A stretch of DNA of 64,000 nucleotides from a virus. Lineage: Duplodnaviria > Caudoviricetes. The position numbers and the translations under genes were made by a program. Positions within the stretch are counted from its first letter, which is position 1. The number at the start of each line of letters is the position of its first letter. A model generated the notes under the pieces. It was not told where the DNA came from. It worked only from the letters and a program-made list of their open reading frames with translations, and made no database searches. The DNA lies in IMG/VR virus record IMGVR_UViG_3300015608_002119, positions 32,001 to 96,000 of that record; one strand, 5' to 3'. Below are positions 36,966-46,358 of this stretch, one piece after another.

Positions 36966-38524
36966 GATACTGATGCTCGGTGATCATCCGTTGACGTAAT
37001 AGCGGATACAAAATTGGGTGAATTGCTGGAAAGTCCTTAGAGCTGGTTGGCCACAGCAGAGTTAGAAATGGCATATGCGACGGCTTAAAAACAATCAGAT
37101 TGGATAATCAGCAGCCAAGTCCCTGTTCAGAAATGATGGGAACGGTTCAACGACTACGGTTAGCCTAAAGCCAAATGGCCATGGCGATGATCCGACAGCG
37201 CCCAACACGATATTATCGTGATGATATAGTCTATTCCTGACAGAAATGTCACGGTAGAAAAGTGTGTACTTCTGGTGTCGGAGTGCAAAGCAGATTTCTA
37301 ATTCAAGGGTTAATTGATACTGGAAAATACACATTTAGGTGCCTTGGTGGCGCGGTAAAGCATCCAAACTACGACCCGATCGCCGTCAACCCGGACTTCA
37401 TTATCAAGCCTGTTGATGGGTTCGGCAACCACGAAGTTGTTCGGAACATCCTCGTTAATGAGAGGCCCGACGCCGTGCTCTTGTTCACAGACCCGAGACA
37501 GTTCACGTGGCTTTGGGAAATCGAAGATGAGGTGCATCAGTTCTGCCCTATCACGTACTGGCACGTTTGGGACAACGACCCTTATCCGGAGTTCAATGGC
37601 GTGTGGTACCGGTCAACGGACCTTATCAACTGCCTATCTCACAAGACGTACGAGCTCGTGCAGCCACATTTCCCCGAGAAGACCGGATATGTGCCACATG
37701 CGTTCCCTGAGAATGTTTACTTTCGTATGCCTGCCGCACAAGTCGATGAGCTCAGGCACCTCAACTTCAAGGAGCGGTCAGACTGGTTTGTTGGGTTGTG
37801 GGTTAACCGAAACGCGACCCGCAAGATGCCTAACGACGTTCTGAACGCTTGGAAGAAGTTCCTTGATGATTTGGAGGCCAAGCATGGTCATCGCAAGGCT
37901 ATGCTGATCATGCACACGGACCCCGTTGATTCTGAGGGGCCGAACCTGTTTGCGACGGTTGACATGCTCGGGATCAACGAACACGTGATGTTCTCAAACC
38001 AGAAGGTTGAGTTCCACGACATGAACGCCCTTTACAACTGCGTTGATTTTGTGGTGAACGTCAGCAAGGCAGAAGGGTTCGGTCTCGCCGCCCTCTCTGC
38101 GCTGATGGTTGGCAAGCCTCTCATTGGCCTTAAAACCGGTGGGATGACACGGCAGCTCGTTGACTACAGGGATGGCACGGAGCATGGTGTTGCGATTGAG
38201 CCTGCGGCCAGGACACTGGTTGGCAGCCAGATGGTTCCTTACATCTACGATGACCACGTGAACTATCTTGATGTTGCCGATGCTTATATGAAGCTATACG
38301 AAAGCAACCTGTCTCCGCAATGGCGTGAAGACATTGCTGCGAAGAACATCGCGTACGCACAGCACGAGTTCAACTACGGCAAGATGATCGAAGATTGGGA
38401 TCGTAGCCTCGGCGAAACAATTGACAAATTCAAAAAGCAAAAGGCCACAGGCAAGAGCAAGTGGACATGCGAACCGCTACAGCCTAGCCTTGGCAAGCGT
38501 GTAAATGTTGGAGCAGCTAAGTGA
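36943..38524 (+). CDS. glycosyltransferase family 4, spliced: exon 1 36943-36991, exon 2 37263-38524 (436 aa)
   Basis: GGAG SD plus GTG start. Joined N-terminus MYPQKKHKILMLGDHPL-CTSGVGVQ restores the GT-B first strand and Gly loop. Also NRNATRK and AEGFGLA. Confidence 0.85.
36992..37262 (+). ncRNA. group I self-splicing intron (subgroup IA-like, 271 nt, no ORF)
   Basis: P AATTGCTGGAAA 37021, Q AATCAGCAG 37106, R GTTCAACGACTA 37145, S GATATAGTCT 37223. P1 ATCCGT/GCGGAT with U-G at the splice site; P3 TTGGGTG/CGCCCAA; P8; P9 with GAAA loop; terminal G. Confidence 0.92.
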
Positions 38525-39741
38525 TGAGTAACGGTAAGTCAGTAGTTCTTAGAGGCCCGGCGCTCTCGGTAAGTGGTTATGGCACGCACTGTCGGCAGAT
38601 CGCCAAGTGGCTGTTACGCGATGCCGCTGAGCGTTATGGCCTGGACGTGACAGTTCAGCCGCTGCCATGGGGGACAACGCACTTTCTACTCGACCCAGAC
38701 CTTGAGGATGGCCTTATCGGACAGATTCTACAGGCGTCAGGCAATCAAAAGCCGTTCTATGATGTTAGCGTCCAAGTGCAACTTCCTAACGAATGGGACG
38801 CGTTTCTTGCGGGCTTTAACATCGGTGTTACCGCAGGCGTAGAGACAGAGACGTGCAACCCGGCGTGGATTACTGCGATCAACAACATGGACTTGGTGGT
38901 TGTTCCGTCTGAGTTCACAAAGCAAACCTTCATAAACACCGGAAACGTCAAGACGCCGATCGTTGTTATTCCGGAGTCGTTTCCGGAGGCATACGAGACA
39001 GCTACACCAGATGCGCTTGAAGGGCTAGATCGAGTCGAGACCGCGTTTAACTTCCTGATTGTTGGTCAACTTACCGGCAACGGCGTTGAGAACGACAGGA
39101 AGAACATCCCATACACCATGAAGTGGCTAGCTGAGACCTTCGCTGGTAACAAAGACGTTGGGGTCATCATCAAGACAAACTCTGGCGCCAACACGGAACT
39201 GGATAAGCAACACGTGCGGTCAGTGTTTGCGAAGCTCGTATCGGAGGTGCAGGGGCTTGACACAGGCGCCCGTGGGCCTACGTTCTATCTCTTGCATGGC
39301 CATATGACCGATGCAGAGATGCTCGGCCTTTACAAGCACCCGAAGGTCAAAGCGCTTGTTGCTCTTACGCACGGTGAAGGGTATGGCCTTCCGATCCTTG
39401 AGGCGTCTGCGTGTGGACTGCCGGTGATTGCTACAAACTGGTCCGGCCACCTTGATTTCTTGCGGCATGGCAAGTTCTTGAGCGTTGATAAAACCATCGG
39501 CGAAGTTCATCCGAGCCGTGTTGATGGGCAGATCTTCATGCAAGGCGCCAAGTGGGCATATCCGATCGAACAAGACGCCAAAAGGCGACTCAAGAAGTTC
39601 TACGAGGCTCCCGTGACTCCGGCGCAATGGGCGAAGGACCTCTCCAGGGCCGTGCGGCAGAAGTATTCGTTCGCCACCATATGTGACATCTACAACGACA
39701 AGCTGGGTGTGCACCTAACATCATCATCAGCGCCAACATAA
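38521..39741 (+). CDS. glycosyltransferase family 4 (GT-B)
   Basis: GPALSVSGYGTHCR, VVVPSEF, DRKNI, HGEGYGLPILEASACGLPVIATNWSGHLDFL. Confidence 0.9.
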   Translation: MMSNGKSVVLRGPALSVSGYGTHCRQIAKWLLRDAAERYGLDVTVQPLPWGTTHFLLDPDLEDGLIGQILQASGNQKPFYDVSVQVQLPNEWDAFLAGFNIGVTAGVETETCNPAWITAINNMDLVVVPSEFTKQTFINTGNVKTPIVVIPESFPEAYETATPDALEGLDRVETAFNFLIVGQLTGNGVENDRKNIPYTMKWLAETFAGNKDVGVIIKTNSGANTELDKQHVRSVFAKLVSEVQGLDTGARGPTFYLLHGHMTDAEMLGLYKHPKVKALVALTHGEGYGLPILEASACGLPVIATNWSGHLDFLRHGKFLSVDKTIGEVHPSRVDGQIFMQGAKWAYPIEQDAKRRLKKFYEAPVTPAQWAKDLSRAVRQKYSFATICDIYNDKLGVHLTSSSAPT

Positions 39742-39757
39742 AGAAAACAGGTCCATA

Positions 39758-40111
39758 ATGCTCGTTGCCGCCCTGCTCGTCATCTGCCTTTGCTTGGCTT
39801 CGGCATTGGTGTTCGTGTCGTATCACGCCATCAAGTGGGCCAAGATCATTTTCATGCTTGAGGATGATCTATCAGAAGCGATTGAAGTGCATGAACGAAC
39901 AATCGCCGTGCTTGATAAGATCACAAAGACGCAGATGTTCTTCGATAGCCCAGAAGTCAAAGTGGTTGTCGACGAGGCGTTGAGCGACGTACGTGATTGC
40001 CGCACGGCAACGCAGCGGCTCGTAAAGACGTTCACCGACCGAAGCAAGCAGCGTTACGTCAGAACAGAAAAAGACACCGGTCGTGGCAATACTGATAACA
40101 GTGACGACTGA
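39758..40111 (+). CDS. membrane-anchored coiled-coil protein
   Basis: N-terminal TM helix followed by heptads. Confidence 0.65.
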   Translation: MLVAALLVICLCLASALVFVSYHAIKWAKIIFMLEDDLSEAIEVHERTIAVLDKITKTQMFFDSPEVKVVVDEALSDVRDCRTATQRLVKTFTDRSKQRYVRTEKDTGRGNTDNSDD

Positions 40112-40154
40112 CTTGATCATCGATAGTCACAGATAGAAAGAACCAAACAACATC

Positions 40155-40925
40155 ATGTTCATGCGAGGCAAGAAAAAGGTCATCAAGCGCAAGCCACGTG
40201 GAGGAGCTGCCCCGCAGGACTTCTACTTCAATGCTGGTACGCAAGAAGCCATTGTGCAATATAAGCTGGAACAAGATCCGAAGAAGCGCAACGCGATCTA
40301 CGTAACAAGAATTCTCCCGGCATTCAACAAACTGGTTGAAAATCTGATCAACGTTTACGGGTTTCATGTCCAATACGAGAACAAGCTGGACCTGATGAAC
40401 GAGTGCGTTGAGTTCCTGTATGGAACGGTAACGAAGTATGACCCAACCAGAGGAACAAAGGCGTTTAGCTACTTCAACGTGATTGCCAAGCACTGGCTTA
40501 TCATCAAGAGCAAGCAGAGTGTAAAGCAGCAGCACATTCTATGCTCACTAGATGACACAGACAGGTTCACTGCACATGACCTGGAGACAATAGAGAACTA
40601 CAGCGTTGCACCATCACCTGAGGATGTTCTGCTAAACGAGCACGAGAAAGCCAGACTAAAAGCCATTATCGGTCGGGTTGGGGACATGCTGGCGACTGAC
40701 AACGAGCGCGTTTGTTATGACGGGATCAGCACGTTGTTCGCTACCGCAGAGGAGCTTGATTTCCTCAACAAGCGCGCCGTGATGATTTACCTGCGCGAAA
40801 TGACATCGCTGCATCCCAAGATGATGTCGACAGTCCTTAGCACACTGAGAAAGTATTATGTGATAGCTAAAGAGGAGTACGACCTCGGAGACGCGACAGC
40901 TAACAGCAATGAGCCAACCCAATAA
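40155..40925 (+). CDS. late-transcription sigma factor, T4 gp55-like
   Basis: YFN..TQEAIVQY, PAFNKLVENLI, KYDP.RGTKAFSYF.VIAK (sigma region-2-like). Confidence 0.75.
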   Translation: MFMRGKKKVIKRKPRGGAAPQDFYFNAGTQEAIVQYKLEQDPKKRNAIYVTRILPAFNKLVENLINVYGFHVQYENKLDLMNECVEFLYGTVTKYDPTRGTKAFSYFNVIAKHWLIIKSKQSVKQQHILCSLDDTDRFTAHDLETIENYSVAPSPEDVLLNEHEKARLKAIIGRVGDMLATDNERVCYDGISTLFATAEELDFLNKRAVMIYLREMTSLHPKMMSTVLSTLRKYYVIAKEEYDLGDATANSNEPTQ

Positions 40926-41433
40926 CACCAACGCATACGGCATCAACAACAGCAATCCGATGAACGTAAAGGTGCCAGCGCTCCCAACGTTCGACGTTGC
41001 CATGGGCGTCGCCAACAGCATGATCGATGCCGGTGGCAGCGACGATGGAGAGGTGTTGGTGCCACCTTCTAGAAAGCTCGTCCAAACCACCAATTCAGAC
41101 TTGCAGATGTTTGTCGACCTGCTCGACTCGCTCACGGACGTTGACGATAGGCTTAAACTGCTTTGGAAGCAGATCTACAACAACGCACTGGTCGATCGTC
41201 AAAACGCATACGTCATGTGGCTTGATCTATTCCAGGCAGTGGCTGGTAATGCCGAACAGCACGTGATTCATGGTGATCATATTGCCAAGTATATGGAGCG
41301 GATGGAGAAAGCCAACACGCAAATCCTCAAGCTGGCCGAACTGGTCTACAAGGCCAAGGAGAAGAGTAGTGACGACGGCGTGCCAACCGGCAACGCACTG
41401 TTTGATGCGCTTGAGAAAAGAAAACGCGGCTAG
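40909..41433 (+). CDS. hypothetical helical protein
   Basis: 174 aa, between the sigma factor and spike genes. Confidence 0.65.
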   Translation: MSQPNNTNAYGINNSNPMNVKVPALPTFDVAMGVANSMIDAGGSDDGEVLVPPSRKLVQTTNSDLQMFVDLLDSLTDVDDRLKLLWKQIYNNALVDRQNAYVMWLDLFQAVAGNAEQHVIHGDHIAKYMERMEKANTQILKLAELVYKAKEKSSDDGVPTGNALFDALEKRKRG

Positions 41434-41455
41434 CTAACAGCCGGGCTTTACCGCT

Positions 41456-43234
41456 ATGTCACCGCCAAACAGAGAAAACATCAACGCCAATCGGGTTCTG
41501 ACCGGCGGGTCCGATCCGGGCGAACTTAACCACTCCAGGATCGAGCTAGCCAATCAGTCGGCAGGTACTGCACCAACAATATATCGTGCGGTTGTCGAAG
41601 AGGTAATCTATGACCCGAGGCGTTTAACACCGCAAGATAAAGACCGCATCAGAGCTGCCGTCGCAAACGCAACAGCTGTCGAACAGATAGCCGCCAACAG
41701 TGTCGTTGCCATCATGGTATCTGAAGGAGTAAGCAACGCCATTCAAACAAGGCTGCTGCTGGCCCCGTTTTTTCAGTCACACTTGATGTTGCCGGTTCAA
41801 GCGGGCGAACAAGTCTCCGTGGTATTTGACGACTTCCAGAAGTTCGGGTTTCTTGGTGGTAGATGGATCACTAGGCAACCAGACGGGTATCAGGTAGAGG
41901 ACGCCAACTTTACACACGGGGATAGGAGATTCACCCTTGATGCTAGCAGCGACATAGCCAGAACAAGTGAGCGGGGCAGTAATAGCAGTCAGAGAGTAAT
42001 CCCCGGCTTCCCAAATGGCGGAGACACGCTGGCAACGCGTACGCTGCCTGCCAACGGCAACGAGAACCCTTACAATGCGATATATGCAGCTTCCAGTGCA
42101 TCGATGATGCACTCCTATGAGGCTGTGCCAAGGTGGACAAAACGTCCACAAGAGCTAGTGTTGCAAGGAATGAATAATTCCTTGATTGTTCTCGGCCAAG
42201 ACCGGTCCGGGCCAGCGTCCGGCTCATTGACTGATGAGCATCGATATGCCGGTGCTGTTGATGTTGTGGTGGGTAGGTCGCGCTTCTTGCCAGAGCCGTG
42301 GTACGATGCCGTCACCGACCAGACTGCCACAGCGCCGTTAACAGCAATCAACTCTCGTGGACTTGTTGAGACTGACAAGTCTCCAGCATCAAACCGCAGA
42401 AGAGAGAGATTGCGCGAAGGCGATCCGGACTTTGCTAGAGACGCCGGGCGTCTGTACTTGTCGATGAAGACAAAAGGCGACGAGAACTTTGGCATCAACA
42501 AGACCGCCAGAGGTTCTACGGCGCAGGCAATGCTTCCTGGTTTTGGTACAAACTATTCGCCGCTAGCCATTTCACCAGCCGCAGCAACGGTTTCGAGCAG
42601 TGAGAACGTTGGGTCAAGCTATGCTGCACTAAAAGCCGATCATGTAAGAGTAATTGCAAGACGGTCTGTCCCTGGCGATATGGGTCCTGTGATCAGCGGG
42701 TCAATCATGCTGATCAAGGAAGGAACTGTGCGCACACCGCACAATCCGCTGGCACAGGCCGGGCCTGGGGATCATCAGGCGTTCTTTTATATGTCACCGG
42801 AGGGCCGCGTCCAGCTAGACGGTTTGCAGATCTTCTTTGGTGGGGCGGCACTCAGGGAGGAAGGAAACAACCCGGCGCCAGATCTCCCTGGTGATGCAAC
42901 CGGATCGGATGCTGACAGCCTTTCTGTGGGCTCTGATAATCGATTTGCTGGCGTTGAGCCATGGATACGCTGGTCTGAGTTCAAGAAGGTGGTCGAGGGC
43001 CTACAGAGGCAGATAAACGACCTGCACGACGCATATTCTGGACTTGTCGATGACATTGAAGCCGCCTCTGTTGGAAGCAGCTGCACGCCATTTGGACCTG
43101 ATACCGCATGGCAGCCACTTGCCACATCAAGCAGACTGAAGCGCACAACGCTCGATCGCGCTATAAGGCAACACCGGTCAAACACCAACAGTGCCGTGTA
43201 CCGTTCTCGTAGTGCCAAGCTATTTGGTCAATAA
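41456..43234 (+). CDS. baseplate central spike, gp5/VgrG-like
   Basis: LPVQAGEQVSVV (OB fold), LVLQGMNNSLIVLG, beta-repeat C-terminal half. Upstream of gp25. Confidence 0.6.
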   Translation: MSPPNRENINANRVLTGGSDPGELNHSRIELANQSAGTAPTIYRAVVEEVIYDPRRLTPQDKDRIRAAVANATAVEQIAANSVVAIMVSEGVSNAIQTRLLLAPFFQSHLMLPVQAGEQVSVVFDDFQKFGFLGGRWITRQPDGYQVEDANFTHGDRRFTLDASSDIARTSERGSNSSQRVIPGFPNGGDTLATRTLPANGNENPYNAIYAASSASMMHSYEAVPRWTKRPQELVLQGMNNSLIVLGQDRSGPASGSLTDEHRYAGAVDVVVGRSRFLPEPWYDAVTDQTATAPLTAINSRGLVETDKSPASNRRRERLREGDPDFARDAGRLYLSMKTKGDENFGINKTARGSTAQAMLPGFGTNYSPLAISPAAATVSSSENVGSSYAALKADHVRVIARRSVPGDMGPVISGSIMLIKEGTVRTPHNPLAQAGPGDHQAFFYMSPEGRVQLDGLQIFFGGAALREEGNNPAPDLPGDATGSDADSLSVGSDNRFAGVEPWIRWSEFKKVVEGLQRQINDLHDAYSGLVDDIEAASVGSSCTPFGPDTAWQPLATSSRLKRTTLDRAIRQHRSNTNSAVYRSRSAKLFGQ

Positions 43235-43956
43235 TGGCAACACCATCTGACACAGGACAGGCCCAGAGAGAGGCGGCAAGCACGTCTACCAGACTCGCAG
43301 CAGAGGCACGTGACCAAGCCAACGCATCGGCAAACTCCGCACAGGTCCAAGCGTTACAGGCTGCCGTCAGTTCGTTACCGGCCCCAGTGAACATCGCGGC
43401 CAACGGGCTTTCAACTGTGATCTATGCAGTGATCAGAGCCAAACCGTTACCAACATCAAGTACAAACCCGGCCTCAGACCCAGCCAAGGTGTTTGCCCTT
43501 GGGATGGCTTACGCTGTGCTGTCAACGGTATGGTGTTTCATTAAAAGCATACTGAACCCACTGCCATTCATCGGTTCATTCTTCCCCTTGTGTGAACCCG
43601 ACAACAACCAACAAATAACACGAGCTCTTGCAGCAACTCGCGATGGTGACCAGCAGTCGTCATCTGGTGCTGTATCGGGCGTTGCCACAAACGTGCCAAC
43701 CGCCGAGCCAGATCAACAAGGCAGAGGAATGACGTTTACCGAGTTCCTGGCTACCATAAGTGCCACTGGCGCACCATCGACGGCCGGTGCCATGCCACCA
43801 TCCAGTTCTCAAGCTGGCACCATACTGTTGACAATGACGGGCAGTGACGCGCCGGTACAATCGGCCGTTCAGCCAACAGGCACTGCAAACACAGTACGGC
43901 AGCAACAGCAAGACCCGGCCAACAGTGATGCGCTTCGCCGCATGTTTGGCATCTAG
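43234..43956 (+). CDS. hypothetical baseplate-associated protein
   Basis: TAATG-coupled to the spike gene; central hydrophobic segment. Confidence 0.55.
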   Translation: MATPSDTGQAQREAASTSTRLAAEARDQANASANSAQVQALQAAVSSLPAPVNIAANGLSTVIYAVIRAKPLPTSSTNPASDPAKVFALGMAYAVLSTVWCFIKSILNPLPFIGSFFPLCEPDNNQQITRALAATRDGDQQSSSGAVSGVATNVPTAEPDQQGRGMTFTEFLATISATGAPSTAGAMPPSSSQAGTILLTMTGSDAPVQSAVQPTGTANTVRQQQQDPANSDALRRMFGI

Positions 43957-43968
43957 TATTTAGACAAC

Positions 43969-44445
43969 ATGCGCAGCTTCAAGAGCGTTGGGTTGACTGG
44001 TACACAAGTCAACGACGCCGTAACAGCGACAGAAACAACAAGACTTGCCATCGGAATTGTCACGCCACTTAGCGAGGGACGTGATGATGAGGGCATTCTG
44101 GCGATGAGCTATGATGTCGGCCAGCAGCTCAAAAACAACTTTCGCGACCTGCTGATGACAAACTGGGGCGAGCGTGTATGCATGTACGATTATGGCGCCA
44201 ATCTTCAGCCGCTGGTCACGGAGTACGAGAACGGCCGTGAGCTGTTTGAGCAGGAGGCAATTGCCAGAATATCTGCGGCCGTTCAGAAGTATATGCCATA
44301 CGTCGAGCTCGATGACTTTGACAGTGAGAAGGTAGAGTCGGAGTCTGGTTTTGGGCTTGGCGTAGTGGCCGTGCGCATCAGCTATAGCATACCAAGAGCG
44401 AAGGTAGCTAAATCCTGGATCGAGCTTCGATTTTCTCTGTCATGA
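43969..44445 (+). CDS. baseplate wedge / sheath initiator, gp25-like
   Basis: QLKNNFRDLLMTNWGERV...DYGANL, AVQKYMPYV. Confidence 0.9.
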   Translation: MRSFKSVGLTGTQVNDAVTATETTRLAIGIVTPLSEGRDDEGILAMSYDVGQQLKNNFRDLLMTNWGERVCMYDYGANLQPLVTEYENGRELFEQEAIARISAAVQKYMPYVELDDFDSEKVESESGFGLGVVAVRISYSIPRAKVAKSWIELRFSLS

Positions 44446-44474
44446 CCTGATTTGATACCTACAATCACAGGGCC

Positions 44475-46346
44475 ATGCCAATCGATACACGCCAATCAGC
44501 GTTACGTCCAGCGCGTAACTTAAAGTACGTCAACAAGGACTTCGACTCGTTCAGAGCCGACCTGGAAGAGTACGCCAGGACATTCTTTCCAAACAAGATC
44601 CAAGACTTTTCAAGCAATGGGTTTGGCGGTCTGCTCATCGAACTAGCCAGCTACATTGGGGACGTGCAGTCTTATTATCTCGATCACCAGTTCGGGGAGC
44701 TAAACGCCGAGACCGCCGTTGAGCCCGGCAACGTTGAGAAGTTGCTCAGGGAAGCAGGTGTGCAGATCGTTGGCGCAGCCCCGGCAGTGGTATATGAGAC
44801 GTTTTACGTCAGGATTCCAGCAGATCAAGCGAACAACCTGACGTTTGATCGTACCGCGCTACCGATCATCAAGGCCGGTACCAGCGTGAACTCAAATGGG
44901 GGTGTGCAGTTCCAGCTGGTTGACGATATAGATTTTACCACCACCAAGTCCGACGGCACGCCAGCATCCAACATCTCGTATGTTGTAGGTGATGTCGATG
45001 CGTCCGGTAATCCGATTGACTACGTCTTTAGCGCCAACGGCGCATGTATTTCCAGCATAACCACCACAGAGTCATTTACCGTGGATGGCTTTGAGTCTTT
45101 CAAGAGATATACACTTGAGAACACAGACGTAACTGACATCATTTCGGTTACCGACTCTAACGGCAACACCTACTATGAGGTAGAGTTTCTAACTCAGGAC
45201 ACCGTGTTCAAATCACGGCGTAACGCCGTATCCATGGCAGACTCACCATCAGACCAGCCGTACGTCGAGTCTGCCCTTGAGATTGTACCAGCGCCGTACC
45301 GGTTCTACAGAACGACCAGCCTCGATACTAGGCTTACAACTCTCACGTTCGGCGGCGGTAACGGCAGTGTAATGGATGACGATCTCGTGCCGGACCCGAG
45401 CGAGGCCGCTTTGCCGCTATATGGCAAGACTAACTTTTCACGGTTCTCGATCGATCCAAACAACCTACTGCGAACCAGTACGCTTGGGGCTATAGCCCCT
45501 GATGTGACAATCACTGTGACGTATCGGTCGGGCGGCGGAAGAAGCCACAACATCGCGGCAGGCAGTACGTCCGATATAGGCACACTGATAATGGAGTTTC
45601 CCAACAATCCTTCAGCTTCGGTCGCATCTGGTGTCAGGCTGTCGGCCGACGCGAACAACGACAAGCCAGCTTCGGGCGGCGATGATCCGCCAACGCTCGA
45701 CGAGCTCAAGTTGCAGATACCATCGGCACGAAACGCTCAGGCCAGGATCGTTAGCAAACCAGACGTCCTTGCAAGAATATATTCGCTGCCGTCAAACTTC
45801 GGGCGTGTGTACAGGGCCAGCATACACGACAATCCCAACAACAAGAACGCCGCGCTCTTGTATATCCTTTGCAGGAATGCCAACGGCGAACTGACACTAG
45901 CACCCGACCTGTTGAAAAAGAACCTTGCAACGTACCTGAACACGTATCGAATGATCTCGGACGCGATTGATATCCTGGACGGTCGAATCATCAACATTCA
46001 AATCAACTATGACATTACGATCGATCCAACATTCAACAGGCAACTAGTGCTGCAAAACGTTCAGGCAAAGTTGATTGAATACTTCAACACAAACAACTTC
46101 CAAATGGACCAACCGCTTCTGCTGGATGATGTGCGTAACATCATCTACAACAACCAAGGCGTGATTGCGGTAAGAGGCATTAACGTATCGAACGTGACTG
46201 GCGACATAGGAGACCGGTCATACAGCAACGTACGGTATGACGTGGCCACAAACCTGATCAACAGCTCGATTCTTATTCCACCGGCCGGTGGAATGTTTGA
46301 GCTCAAGTATAAGTATTCGGATATCATCGGCAGAGCCAACGGCTAG
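44475..46346 (+). CDS. baseplate wedge subunit, gp6/J-like
   Basis: KYVNKDFDSFRADL..YA..FFP...QDFS, IELASYIGDV.SYYLD.Q, FGGG, ASGGDD, AQARIVS..D. Confidence 0.9.
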   Translation: MPIDTRQSALRPARNLKYVNKDFDSFRADLEEYARTFFPNKIQDFSSNGFGGLLIELASYIGDVQSYYLDHQFGELNAETAVEPGNVEKLLREAGVQIVGAAPAVVYETFYVRIPADQANNLTFDRTALPIIKAGTSVNSNGGVQFQLVDDIDFTTTKSDGTPASNISYVVGDVDASGNPIDYVFSANGACISSITTTESFTVDGFESFKRYTLENTDVTDIISVTDSNGNTYYEVEFLTQDTVFKSRRNAVSMADSPSDQPYVESALEIVPAPYRFYRTTSLDTRLTTLTFGGGNGSVMDDDLVPDPSEAALPLYGKTNFSRFSIDPNNLLRTSTLGAIAPDVTITVTYRSGGGRSHNIAAGSTSDIGTLIMEFPNNPSASVASGVRLSADANNDKPASGGDDPPTLDELKLQIPSARNAQARIVSKPDVLARIYSLPSNFGRVYRASIHDNPNNKNAALLYILCRNANGELTLAPDLLKKNLATYLNTYRMISDAIDILDGRIINIQINYDITIDPTFNRQLVLQNVQAKLIEYFNTNNFQMDQPLLLDDVRNIIYNNQGVIAVRGINVSNVTGDIGDRSYSNVRYDVATNLINSSILIPPAGGMFELKYKYSDIIGRANG

Positions 46347-46358
46347 TAAGGCACACCA

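Noticed and set aside
37262-37264. GTG start of the GT4 as given by the ORF track
   Set aside because: The G is the intron's terminal G. Starting here would lose the first beta-strand of the GT-B fold.
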